Of a DNA stretch of 32,000 bases, positions 1 through 8,276 are shown piece by piece. Within the stretch, counting starts at the first letter, position 1. Every line of letters starts with the position of its first letter. The DNA is taken from assembly GCF_014697105.1 (NCBI RefSeq), contig NZ_JACJRF010000012.1, forward strand, positions 98,930-130,929, read 5' to 3'. A program made the translations under genes and the position numbers. The DNA comes from Anabaena subtropica FACHB-260. Its GTDB lineage: Bacteria > Cyanobacteriota > Cyanobacteriia > Cyanobacteriales > Nostocaceae. The notes beneath the pieces are model-generated. The model saw only the letters and a program-made list of their open reading frames with translations. It was not told where the DNA came from and made no database searches.

Positions 1-2569
1 AATTTTCTAGACGGCTTTTGAGTTCTTGGTTTTGTTGTTTGAGTTGGTCAAGTTCCTCCCGTAATTTCCTTAAGGCATTGTCTGTACCGATGTTTTTCTG
101 CACATTAGCCAGTTCTTCCTCGGCAAAACGACGCACACGCCCATCGGCTGTTTGTTCAGCCAGCGATCGCAATACTCCCATCGCCTTTGGTGTCTCCATT
201 TGCCCTAAAGCAGCGACAACTGCCATCAGGGTTAAAAAGAAGTTTTCTTTGGACAGTTCGGCTAGCCGGGCAATAATCCGTTCTAAATTCACGGGATTTT
301 GACCGACGGAAATCTTACCTAATGCCCGAATGGCTGCTAGGCGTAATGGTTGCGATACCCCAAGTTTTGTATACTCAAGTATCAAGTCTAACGCTGCTTC
401 TGAGGTTTTGAGTTCAGCTAAACCCCCAATCGCCCCACTACGGACTATTTCATTCCAACCAGCCCTCTCTTCTAGAACCGATTGCAGAAGCTTGATTGCC
501 TTTTCTTCCTTGGATTTGTCATCGAAATTAATTGCGGCGATCGCACCTAAAGCTAGACAAGCTGCTGATTCTACGTAGTAACTAACGTCACCATCTTTAA
601 CTACATCTTTGACAGCCTTATAACTGGCACGAGTTTTAATTTTTGCTAATGCTTGCACCACAGCCCGCCGTACATAAGGATTTTTGTCTGCCAAGCCCTC
701 AACTAATCCATCAAAGGCTTGATCTAACTTAATTTCTGCCAACTGTTTAGCAACTTCCACCCGTACACCCCAGAATGGCTCATTTTTCAGAGATGCGGCT
801 AAGGCTTTGGTGGCTTCTAAACCACCTTTTTTAGCTAAAGCGATCGCCGCATATATCCGCGAAATCGGGTCAGGGTCAGATACTAATTGTGCTTTTAACT
901 CTGGTACAGGATACTCCAAAGTTACAGTCTTCAGCCAATGATTACCAACATCGAAGCTGATGAAGTCTGGCTTTTCTGTCAGTGGAAAGTAAAAACTTTG
1001 TTCTCGTTCATGTACCCGCACTGTGAAAGTTTGCAGTTTTGCTGCTTCTGTTGTTTGGTTATAGCCAAAACCAATGGAGATTTTCAGGTCAAAGACATCT
1101 TGATTCTTATCTGCGGGTACTTGAGTTTGGGTAACTGTTACCTTGGCTAACTTGGCTTCTCCATCCCAAGAATAAACGACTTTAAAATCGGGATGACCGC
1201 CACGATAAACGTATTGATCGAACAGGAAAGCTAAATTTCTTCCAGTAGCCTTTTCAATTGCCCGGAGCAAATCTATCGTTTCTACAGTTTTGTGGGCGTT
1301 ATCCTGTACAAAGGTTTGAATTGTCTGCCAGAATAATTCTTCTCCCAACTCCGCCCGAATCATGTGATAAACACAAGAGCCTTTTTCGTAGGTGTGGCGG
1401 TCATAAAGTTCAATGGCTTCTCGGTAAACGTGTGTCACCATTGGTCGGCGGTAGCGCCCACTATCTTCACTCAAGTAACTCCGCGCTTCTAGTAATCGGT
1501 AATATGCTGCTTCTTCGGCGCTATATTCTTGTTCTGTCCACATGACCTCAGAATAGGAAGCCATCCCTTCCTTAATCCAAGCATGAGACCAATGTTTAAT
1601 TACCAGCAAATCACCAAACCATTGATGGGCTAGTTCGTGAACTACTAAACTTTCTGTGTTGCGGTTATCTAAGGCGGCGCGTTCATCTAACAAACATCGG
1701 TCTGTTAATAAAGTGGTGGAAGTATTTTCCATCCCCCCAAAAATAAAATCACTGACGCAAACTTGGGCATATTTGGGAAAAGGGTAAGGATAACCATACT
1801 TTTTGCTCAAAAATTCGATCATCCGAGGTGTTTTGCCCATGCTGCGTTTAGCATCAGCCTCGCGTCCCTTTTCTACGTAGTATGTGACTGCTTTACCTTG
1901 CCATTCATCCCGAATTTCGGCGAAGTCAGCAACGGCGAGAGTCATTAAGTAAGTAGGATGTACCTGTTGCTGTGACCAGTGGTAAATTTTATGTTTGCCG
2001 TCTTCTTGAGTGTCAATCAGTTCGCCGTTGGAAATCGCCATCAGGGGTTTAGGAACTCGCACCCGAATTTCCGAAGTAGACAATTGTCCTGGGTAGTCGA
2101 AACAGGGGAACCAGAAGCGCGAGTCTTCATCTTCACCTTGAGTCCACACTTGAACTGTTTTCTTAGGGTAGTGTGAATCTGGTTGAATGAAGTAGATACC
2201 GCGTTGGGGTTTTTCTACAGAATAGGCGATCGCAATTAATATCCGCTTGCCAATCTGGGTTGGTTCAGACAGTCGGATTACCAACTGTTCGCCATCATAA
2301 TCAAAGTTTTGCGCTACTTCATCTATTTGTACAGATTGGATCTGCAAGTTAACAGCATCCAACGTTAAACGATCTATATCATTGCGGATAGGCAATAAAC
2401 GAATGCTGCAACTTCCCTTGTAACTCTGCTTAGGGATATCCAAGTCCAAATCGAGAAAAATATGCTCTACTTGTCCAGGGCGATCGGGATTATAGTGTGG
2501 CCTGGCTCCTGGTAGTTCAAAAGACTTATGTCCGTTACTATCTGTGTCAAAAGAATACGAGTGTGGCAT
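1..2569 (-). CDS. M1-family zinc aminopeptidase (aminopeptidase N-like) with C-terminal HEAT/PBS-lyase-type repeats; the 3' end runs off the window
   Basis: My own translation of the minus strand from the ATG at 2569-2567 gives MPHSYSFDTDSNGHKSFELPGARPHYNPDRPGQVEHIFLDLD... The frame stays open to position 1. It carries the GGMEN exopeptidase motif and HELAH-X18-E zinc site (VVHELAHQWFGDLLVIKHWSHAWIKEGMASY). The C-terminal part has HEAT-like repeats (NPYVRRAVVQALAKIK...). It is absent from the ORF track only because it is edge-truncated. Confidence 0.9.
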   Translation of the reverse strand, partial: MPHSYSFDTDSNGHKSFELPGARPHYNPDRPGQVEHIFLDLDLDIPKQSYKGSCSIRLLPIRNDIDRLTLDAVNLQIQSVQIDEVAQNFDYDGEQLVIRLSEPTQIGKRILIAIAYSVEKPQRGIYFIQPDSHYPKKTVQVWTQGEDEDSRFWFPCFDYPGQLSTSEIRVRVPKPLMAISNGELIDTQEDGKHKIYHWSQQQVHPTYLMTLAVADFAEIRDEWQGKAVTYYVEKGREADAKRSMGKTPRMIEFLSKKYGYPYPFPKYAQVCVSDFIFGGMENTSTTLLTDRCLLDERAALDNRNTESLVVHELAHQWFGDLLVIKHWSHAWIKEGMASYSEVMWTEQEYSAEEAAYYRLLEARSYLSEDSGRYRRPMVTHVYREAIELYDRHTYEKGSCVYHMIRAELGEELFWQTIQTFVQDNAHKTVETIDLLRAIEKATGRNLAFLFDQYVYRGGHPDFKVVYSWDGEAKLAKVTVTQTQVPADKNQDVFDLKISIGFGYNQTTEAAKLQTFTVRVHEREQSFYFPLTEKPDFISFDVGNHWLKTVTLEYPVPELKAQLVSDPDPISRIYAAIALAKKGGLEATKALAASLKNEPFWGVRVEVAKQLAEIKLDQAFDGLVEGLADKNPYVRRAVVQALAKIKTRASYKAVKDVVKDGDVSYYVESAACLALGAIAAINFDDKSKEEKAIKLLQSVLEERAGWNEIVRSGAIGGLAELKTSEAALDLILEYTKLGVSQPLRLAAIRALGKISVGQNPVNLERIIARLAELSKENFFLTLMAVVAALGQMETPKAMGVLRSLAEQTADGRVRRFAEEELANVQKNIGTDNALRKLREELDQLKQQNQELKSRLEN

Positions 2570-3060
2570 TGACGTTAACTAGCCTTGTTAATTTGCAAAT
2601 TTTAACTGAGTATATTTTCCAAAAATAGCGCTATTTGGCAGATTTCCCAAATTTAGTTAATAGTCATTAGTCCGAGACTATCTCTCTGTTGTCGCTTGTT
2701 TCAAAAAACACGAATTTAGAGGTGTCTGGTGAGGAAAAGTTTTGTTTCATTTGTAGGGTGTGGCGCACAACCAATAGGGCGCTTTTAATATACAAGTTTG
2801 GGTTGTAGCTGGTTTCCTTGTAGGGTTATAGAGTGATTGGCTCCCCAACTTATGCCTAGATTGATAAAAGTTTTGAAAAATAAGATGTTGAAATTTTTCT
2901 CTAGCAAGAGCGATTAAAAAAGGCTATGAGACTAATATTGGATTTTTTGCTTACCAGAGTTAGATGATTTTTTTTAGCTCTATATGTACAAAGTAATTAT
3001 AGGAATCCGATTTGATTTATGTTGGCGTAGCCTGCGCTTGCGCTTAAAAATATCAGTATA

Positions 3061-3142
3061 AGTAGGGTGTATTAGGCGTAAGCCCTAACGCACCAAAAGC
3101 TTTCTGGAAAGATGCGTTACGCTGACTCTAACACGCCCTACT
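3061..3142. mobile_element. MITE-like small element with terminal inverted repeats AGTAGGGTGT...ACGCCCTACT
   Basis: Inverted termini are visible in the sequence. A longer relative with the same termini lies at 31517-31657, and a solo GTAGGGTGTGGCGCAC end lies near 2754. It has no coding capacity. Confidence 0.4.
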
Positions 3143-3210
3143 TATATTTCATAAATTAAGTATGAATCTTATATGATTTCTACATATCATCTAAATTAAA
3201 TTTTCTACAC

Positions 3211-4248
3211 ATGAATAAACCAAACAGTAATAAGCTCTGGGAGCAATTCAATAATACCAAATTGATTCGCTATATATTAATCTTTGCATTCGCTTGGGGA
3301 ATTGTCCAATTTTTAAGCTATTTTGCCACGGTTATTATCATTTTTATTTTTGCTGGGATTCTAGCGTTTTTACTCAGTTATCCAGTGGATTGGTCTGAGC
3401 GTTTTTTCCCACACAGCATTGCCGTTATCTTAGTTTTTCTCACCAGTCTCCTCATTGTATTAGGGTTGATAGCTACGCTAGGCTTTGCAATTTTATCTCA
3501 AGCCCAAGAGTTAGTTAATCAAGCACCACAGGTTTTAGATTCTGCCATTTCCTTATTAGAAAGGTTACAAAATATTTTAGCAAATTTTAACTTTAAAGTC
3601 GATTTTCAAACAATAGAAGAAGAAATTAGGAGTCAGGCTTTAGCTTTTATTGGTACTGGCTTGGTAACTATTCAAGGCTTATTATTTAATTTTATAGATT
3701 TAGTTTTGATAGCAGTTGTAGCTTTCTTTATGTTGTTAGATGGTAGAAGAGTATGGAATTTTATTTTAAAACTTTTTCCAGAAAATATTCGCCCTAAAAT
3801 AACAGCAGCAATTCAACAAAATTTCTTAGGTTTCTTTTGGGGACGCTTGTTATTATCATTATTTTTTGGCGCTTCATTATTTATTATATTCATTATTTTG
3901 CAATTACCTTTTGCTTTATTCTTAGCAGCGATCGCTGGTGTATTTGACTTAATTCCTGGCATCGGAGCCACAATCGGAATTACTCTAGTTTCTCTAATTG
4001 TTTTACCTCAAGGAATTTGGGTGAGTATACAAGTTTTAATTGGTTGTATCATCCTCCAGCAAGTAGAAGAAAACCTACTCATGCCAAGAATTATGCAAGG
4101 CTCAATCAATATGAATCCAGTTTTTATGTTCTTTGCTTTATTAGTAGGAGCAAAGGTTGCAGGCTTGGTGGGAGTCTTTTTGTCTATTCCTTTAGCAGGA
4201 GTTTTAATCAGCTTGTTTGAGATTGAAGATATGCAAGGAGGAGGGTAG
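3211..4248 (+). CDS. AI-2E family transporter (PerM/UPF0118-type permease)
   Basis: 345-aa ORF, polytopic and hydrophobic. The characteristic C-terminal region is GVFDLIPGIGATIG...QQVEENLLMPRIMQ...NPVFMFFALLVGAKVAGLVGVFLSIPLAG. Confidence 0.85.
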   Translation: MNKPNSNKLWEQFNNTKLIRYILIFAFAWGIVQFLSYFATVIIIFIFAGILAFLLSYPVDWSERFFPHSIAVILVFLTSLLIVLGLIATLGFAILSQAQELVNQAPQVLDSAISLLERLQNILANFNFKVDFQTIEEEIRSQALAFIGTGLVTIQGLLFNFIDLVLIAVVAFFMLLDGRRVWNFILKLFPENIRPKITAAIQQNFLGFFWGRLLLSLFFGASLFIIFIILQLPFALFLAAIAGVFDLIPGIGATIGITLVSLIVLPQGIWVSIQVLIGCIILQQVEENLLMPRIMQGSINMNPVFMFFALLVGAKVAGLVGVFLSIPLAGVLISLFEIEDMQGGG

Positions 4249-4425
4249 AAATTAAAGATCAAAGATATTCTCAGTAGAGATTTTGTAAGCAATGTCTCTA
4301 ATTACTGAGACTTTGAAGTGTAAGCATAGGCTAGGCTAACAAAAATCAAATCGAATTGCTGTGGATACCTTATGGGTATTTCAGTATCTGTGTCTTAAAA
4401 GGTGTGAACTATATTAGGAGGTTAT

Positions 4426-5136
4426 ATGACATCCATCATCCAACTATCCCCTCTGACTAACAGCAATCATAAGTTTCCGAAACAGTTAATCTTAACTCTG
4501 GCTTTAACCAGTCTGTTATCTTCTGGATTCGGTTTGGCTAGTAGTAATACTGCTACAGCAGCTCCTACAACAAACTCCATAGAAATATCTCAAATCTCCC
4601 AGAATCGCTTACCCGGATACATCGGTAGAGCAGTATTAAATGATGCTTCCAGACGTTATGGAGTAGAAATTACTAATTTAAGTATCACTCAAACTACACC
4701 AAAAACTTTTGGTAATCCCTGTGAGTTCAACTTTGGGGAAGTTTGCACCAAGGAATATCGACCAGTCCAAGGTTGGGAAGTGGTTGTGCGGGGACAAAAT
4801 CAATCTTGGACTTATCATGTTAATCAATCTGGGACGGAAGTTGTCCTAGATCCTAAAACTAATGTTAGTGGAAATAGCCAATTACCTAGAGCGATCGCTC
4901 ATAAAATTTTGAATGAAACTGCTAGACGTTCTCGTGTACCCAGACGAGAACTACGAATAAACAACGTCACAAGCAGAACCTTTGGGAATCCCTGTGAGTT
5001 CAACTTTGGGGAAATTTGCACCAAGGAATATCGACCAGTCCAAGGTTGGGAAGTGGTTGTGGGGGGGCGGAATCAATCTTGGACTTATCATGTTAATCAA
5101 TCCAATTCGCAATTCATTTTAGATCCAAAAAACTAA
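4426..5136 (+). CDS. Secreted protein of unknown function built from two ~91-aa repeats, each with a C-x9-C pair
   Basis: 236-aa ORF with a signal-peptide-like N-terminus (LILTLALTSLLSSGFGLASSNTATA). The module TFGNPCEFNFGE[VI]CTKEYRPVQGWEVVV.G.NQSWTYHVNQS occurs twice. A GGAGG lies 7 nt upstream of the ATG. Confidence 0.75.
   Translation: MTSIIQLSPLTNSNHKFPKQLILTLALTSLLSSGFGLASSNTATAAPTTNSIEISQISQNRLPGYIGRAVLNDASRRYGVEITNLSITQTTPKTFGNPCEFNFGEVCTKEYRPVQGWEVVVRGQNQSWTYHVNQSGTEVVLDPKTNVSGNSQLPRAIAHKILNETARRSRVPRRELRINNVTSRTFGNPCEFNFGEICTKEYRPVQGWEVVVGGRNQSWTYHVNQSNSQFILDPKN
4708..5102 (+). repeat. Intragenic direct repeat: 122-nt copies at 4708-4829 and 4981-5102, offset 273 nt (91 codons)
   Basis: Hand alignment gives 6 mismatches in 122 nt. 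The first halves of the two protein repeats are much more divergent. Confidence 0.85.
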
Positions 5137-5282
5137 TCCAAATATTAGAGGATTTTTGTAAATCCACATCTCGACACAGCTATTTACGCCAATCTTATTG
5201 ATCAAATCTATCCACCCATTACTTTTATTGCGATAATTCCTAAGGGAGACAAGCTCTCTACTGGTTCGTCAAAGGGGGACAG

Positions 5283-6848
5283 ATGACTATCAAGCGGTTG
5301 GTTTTATTTTTTGTATTAACGCCGATAGCAGCTTTGTTAGCAGCTTCGTCTTTATTTGGTAGTTTGCAAGAACCACAGTTTCAGAGTCGCTTGGAACTGT
5401 ACCAAACCAATATTGCACTGCAAGCACAAGCTTGGAAACCAGACGACAGTAACGACGATGATAGTTCTCAAGTAATCCAAGGGGCGATACTTGGGGAAAA
5501 GCCTCTGGAAAATGCCGCTAAGGAATATCAAAAAACCCGTCAATCAGTGCAAACGAATTTGACGAAAATTCAAAACCAACTTGAACAACTGCGTTCTCCA
5601 TCCCAAGTTAACGATGTTCCTCCCGCCACTAATACCTCTCGCAATGACAAAGAAAAGCAGTTGCAGCAGTCTCTCCAACAACTGCAAAAATTCTCGGCTG
5701 AATTAGACTTAAAGCTAGGAATTTTACAAGCAAAACAAGGACAGACAAAAACAGCCATCAAAACTTGGAGCGAATTACAAAAAGGTGACACTTCAGCACT
5801 AAATACAGAAACTGAGCAAACGGCGGCTGTCTTGAGTGGACTTTGGAGTGAACCACCACGACTCTTCCCCAATGCTCAACAGTTAATTCAAAAGAATTTA
5901 GAAGGTTGGTTTCGTTCTACAGCTTTGATTGAGTTGTATCAACTCCAGCAACGCCAAGACGCTTTAACAGAAGTTCAATCCGCACAACAAGAGGCGGCTA
6001 GTCAAGCTGTGTTTAAATTAGCTGTGATTGGTACTGTCCCCAGCTTGGCAGCTTTGGTGGGGATGATCCTATTAATTTTCTTAGTTGCTCAACGCTTGCT
6101 CAAGGGAAAAGAAGCCTTGTTAGGGCAAAATGCTGACATAGCTTGGTCAACACCTTGGGATGCAGAAACAATTCTCTTGGTTTTTGTCGTTGGCTTTTTC
6201 TTCATGGGACAGATTTTTGTTCCTTCTTTGTTGTTACTCCTCCCCATACCTCGTCCCATAGTTGATGTACGACTCCAGGCTGTTTCTGTTTTAATAAGTT
6301 ACTTATTAGTAGCATCCGGTGCGCTGTCAGTCCTGTATTTTTCGATTAAACGCTTTTTCCCCTTACCTCAATTTTGGTTTCGCTTCCGGTTGCGGGATAA
6401 TTGGTTTTTGTGGGGACTAGGCGGTTATTGTGCAGCTTTGCCGATAGTTGTGATTGTGTCTTTGATTAATCAACAGTTATGGCAAGGACAAGGTGGTAGT
6501 AACCCTCTATTGCAATTAGCACTGGAAAGCCAAGACTTTACTGCATTGGGCATATTTTATGTGACAGCTGCGATCGCCGCCCCTTTATTTGAAGAAATCC
6601 TGTTTCGCGGTTTTTTATTACCGTCTTTGACTCGTTATTTGCCAGTATGGGGATCAATTGTCGCTAGTGCTGTGTTGTTTGCTGTCGCTCACCTCAGTTT
6701 GTCGGAAATTCTCCCACTCACCGCTTTAGGCATCGTTTTAGGTGTAGTATATACGCGATCGCGTAACCTCCTGGCTCCTATACTCCTTCATAGCCTCTGG
6801 AATAGTGGCACACTACTGAGCTTATTTCTTTTAGGTAGTAGCAACTGA
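5283..6848 (+). CDS. CPBP-family (CAAX/Abi-type) intramembrane metalloprotease with a long Q-rich N-terminal extension
   Basis: 521-aa ORF. CPBP motifs are APLFEEILFRGFLLPSL (EExxxR), FAVAHL and ILLHSLWNSG. There are several TM helices in the C-terminal half. Confidence 0.85.
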   Translation: MTIKRLVLFFVLTPIAALLAASSLFGSLQEPQFQSRLELYQTNIALQAQAWKPDDSNDDDSSQVIQGAILGEKPLENAAKEYQKTRQSVQTNLTKIQNQLEQLRSPSQVNDVPPATNTSRNDKEKQLQQSLQQLQKFSAELDLKLGILQAKQGQTKTAIKTWSELQKGDTSALNTETEQTAAVLSGLWSEPPRLFPNAQQLIQKNLEGWFRSTALIELYQLQQRQDALTEVQSAQQEAASQAVFKLAVIGTVPSLAALVGMILLIFLVAQRLLKGKEALLGQNADIAWSTPWDAETILLVFVVGFFFMGQIFVPSLLLLLPIPRPIVDVRLQAVSVLISYLLVASGALSVLYFSIKRFFPLPQFWFRFRLRDNWFLWGLGGYCAALPIVVIVSLINQQLWQGQGGSNPLLQLALESQDFTALGIFYVTAAIAAPLFEEILFRGFLLPSLTRYLPVWGSIVASAVLFAVAHLSLSEILPLTALGIVLGVVYTRSRNLLAPILLHSLWNSGTLLSLFLLGSSN

Positions 6849-7511
6849 AGAAGTTAGTAAGTATTGTTAATGGTCAACATAGACAAAAACAAAACTAGCA
6901 CACTTCATATTGTCAAATAGATTACAGAAATCCAGATGAACTTTTAGTATCATCTGGATAAATAGATTAATTATTCATTAGTTTTTCGGTTCATATCCCA
7001 TCTGACTCTACACTAAAGCTAATGACAAAAGCATTGCAATAAAGATGTGAGTGATGTTTCTCTACTTCAGTAGCTACAAAAACATTTTTAGCTGAAGCAA
7101 ATACTCCATAACATACTTAACAAAGGTAATTTCCATGAGAGATTATCCTCATACTTGTAACAGTCTCCAAAAAAATCCGGAGATAACACTGATGTACTTG
7201 TAGAAAGTGATATATTACAGGTGTTTTCACCAGTAATTAGAATTAATTCTCTTGAAAGATTATTTTTTTCTAAAATACTGTAATACTTATGTATTAGGTG
7301 ATGTAATTACAATTATCTTTAGCGATTTAGTAACACAGTAATATTAGGCGATATCTCATATTATTAGGATATCTCTTATGTTTGTGGAAGCTTTTTTTTG
7401 CTTAGTAATGTAGTAAAAAATTTTACTATTTACTGGGTAAATATGTTTTAGGAAATCCAGGCAATAAAAACTACAATTTTATATTTATTTTCTTGAGGAG
7501 TAACTGAACCT

Positions 7512-7787
7512 ATGGCAAATCTTAACCCTACTCAAACCAACAAACAATTACTCGCTGGTTACTGTGGTATTATTTTTGGCGGCTTTGGTCTGCATAAATT
7601 TATTTTAGGTTATGCTCCCGAAGGCTTCGTTATGTTAGTTATCACTTTAGTTGGTGGTTCTTTTTCCTACGGGATTACTTTGTTAATTATGCAACTTGTA
7701 GGATTAATTGAAGGCATGATCTACTTAAATAAAAGCCCTGAAGAATTTGTCAATACTTATTTAATAAATAAGCAGAGTTGGTTTTAA
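7512..7787 (+). CDS. TM2 domain-containing small membrane protein
   Basis: 91-aa ORF. The stretch LLAGYCGIIFGGFGLHKFILGY followed by a second TM helix is typical of TM2-domain proteins. Confidence 0.7.
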   Translation: MANLNPTQTNKQLLAGYCGIIFGGFGLHKFILGYAPEGFVMLVITLVGGSFSYGITLLIMQLVGLIEGMIYLNKSPEEFVNTYLINKQSWF

Positions 7788-7802
7788 ATTAGTCATTGCT
7801 TA

Positions 7803-7848
7803 TTAGTAGAGACGTGCCATGACAAGTCTCTACTAATCCCTTTGTTTC
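7803..7848 (+). terminator. Hairpin (11-bp stem TTAGTAGAGAC/GTCTCTACTAA) 16 nt after the TM2 gene stop; also a member of a dispersed GAGACG..CGTCTC hairpin family
   Basis: The stem at 7803-7813 / 7826-7836 is followed by the T-rich TCCCTTTGTTTCG. Related hairpins occur near 8222-8248 and 20467-20520. Confidence 0.45.
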
Positions 7849-7867
7849 GCTGTTCAACTCAAATAAT

Positions 7868-8047
7868 ATGCTGACACTGAAACGGAAACACCTGATTTGG
7901 GTAATGTGCTTATTGGTGGGTATGGGGTACTTTGGTGCTATGTCTAACTTAGAAATTCACTATTTTTGGAAAAGCCTGATTGCCTTTATACCAGTGCAGA
8001 TGGCAGCGATCGCCTACGTAACTGCTTTACGTTGGAGTCGCAGTTAA
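7868..8047 (+). CDS. Possible small (59-aa) two-TM membrane protein, below the ORF-track cutoff
   Basis: My own translation: MLTLKRKHLIWVMCLLVGMGYFGAMSNLEIHYFWKSLIAFIPVQMAAIAYVTALRWSRS, then stop. It has a basic N-terminus and two hydrophobic segments, and lies between the TM2 gene and the Cu-ATPase. Confidence 0.35.
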   Translation: MLTLKRKHLIWVMCLLVGMGYFGAMSNLEIHYFWKSLIAFIPVQMAAIAYVTALRWSRS

Positions 8048-8276
8048 CACTACATTAGTCCGTTTTACCTTGATTGGTAAAACGGTAATTAGTCGTCAAT
8101 ATTGAATATTCTTCAGTCCCCAGTCTGTAATTTGGAATTTTGAATTGATTCAGTCCCATATCTTAATAAAATTAATGGTATTGACAATCAGTCAAAGTTC
8201 CAAATTTCGCCTACGCTCGAAATAGAGACGCTTGTCATCAAACGTCTAATCTTCGTAGCGAATCTCAACACTTGCC

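Noticed and set aside
18-2176. Six plus-strand ORFs from the track (18..302, 330..578, 938..1150, 1258..1545, 1763..1948, 1979..2176)
   Set aside because: All lie antisense to a continuous minus-strand frame encoding a clear M1 aminopeptidase (GAMEN and HEXXH-E motifs). Their products are low-complexity and Ser/Cys/Arg-rich, so they are shadow ORFs.
4008-5872. ORFs 4008..4292-, 4017..4220+, 5352..5543- and 5570..5872-
   Set aside because: They overlap the AI-2E transporter or the CPBP protease genes in other frames or strands, and have no independent support.
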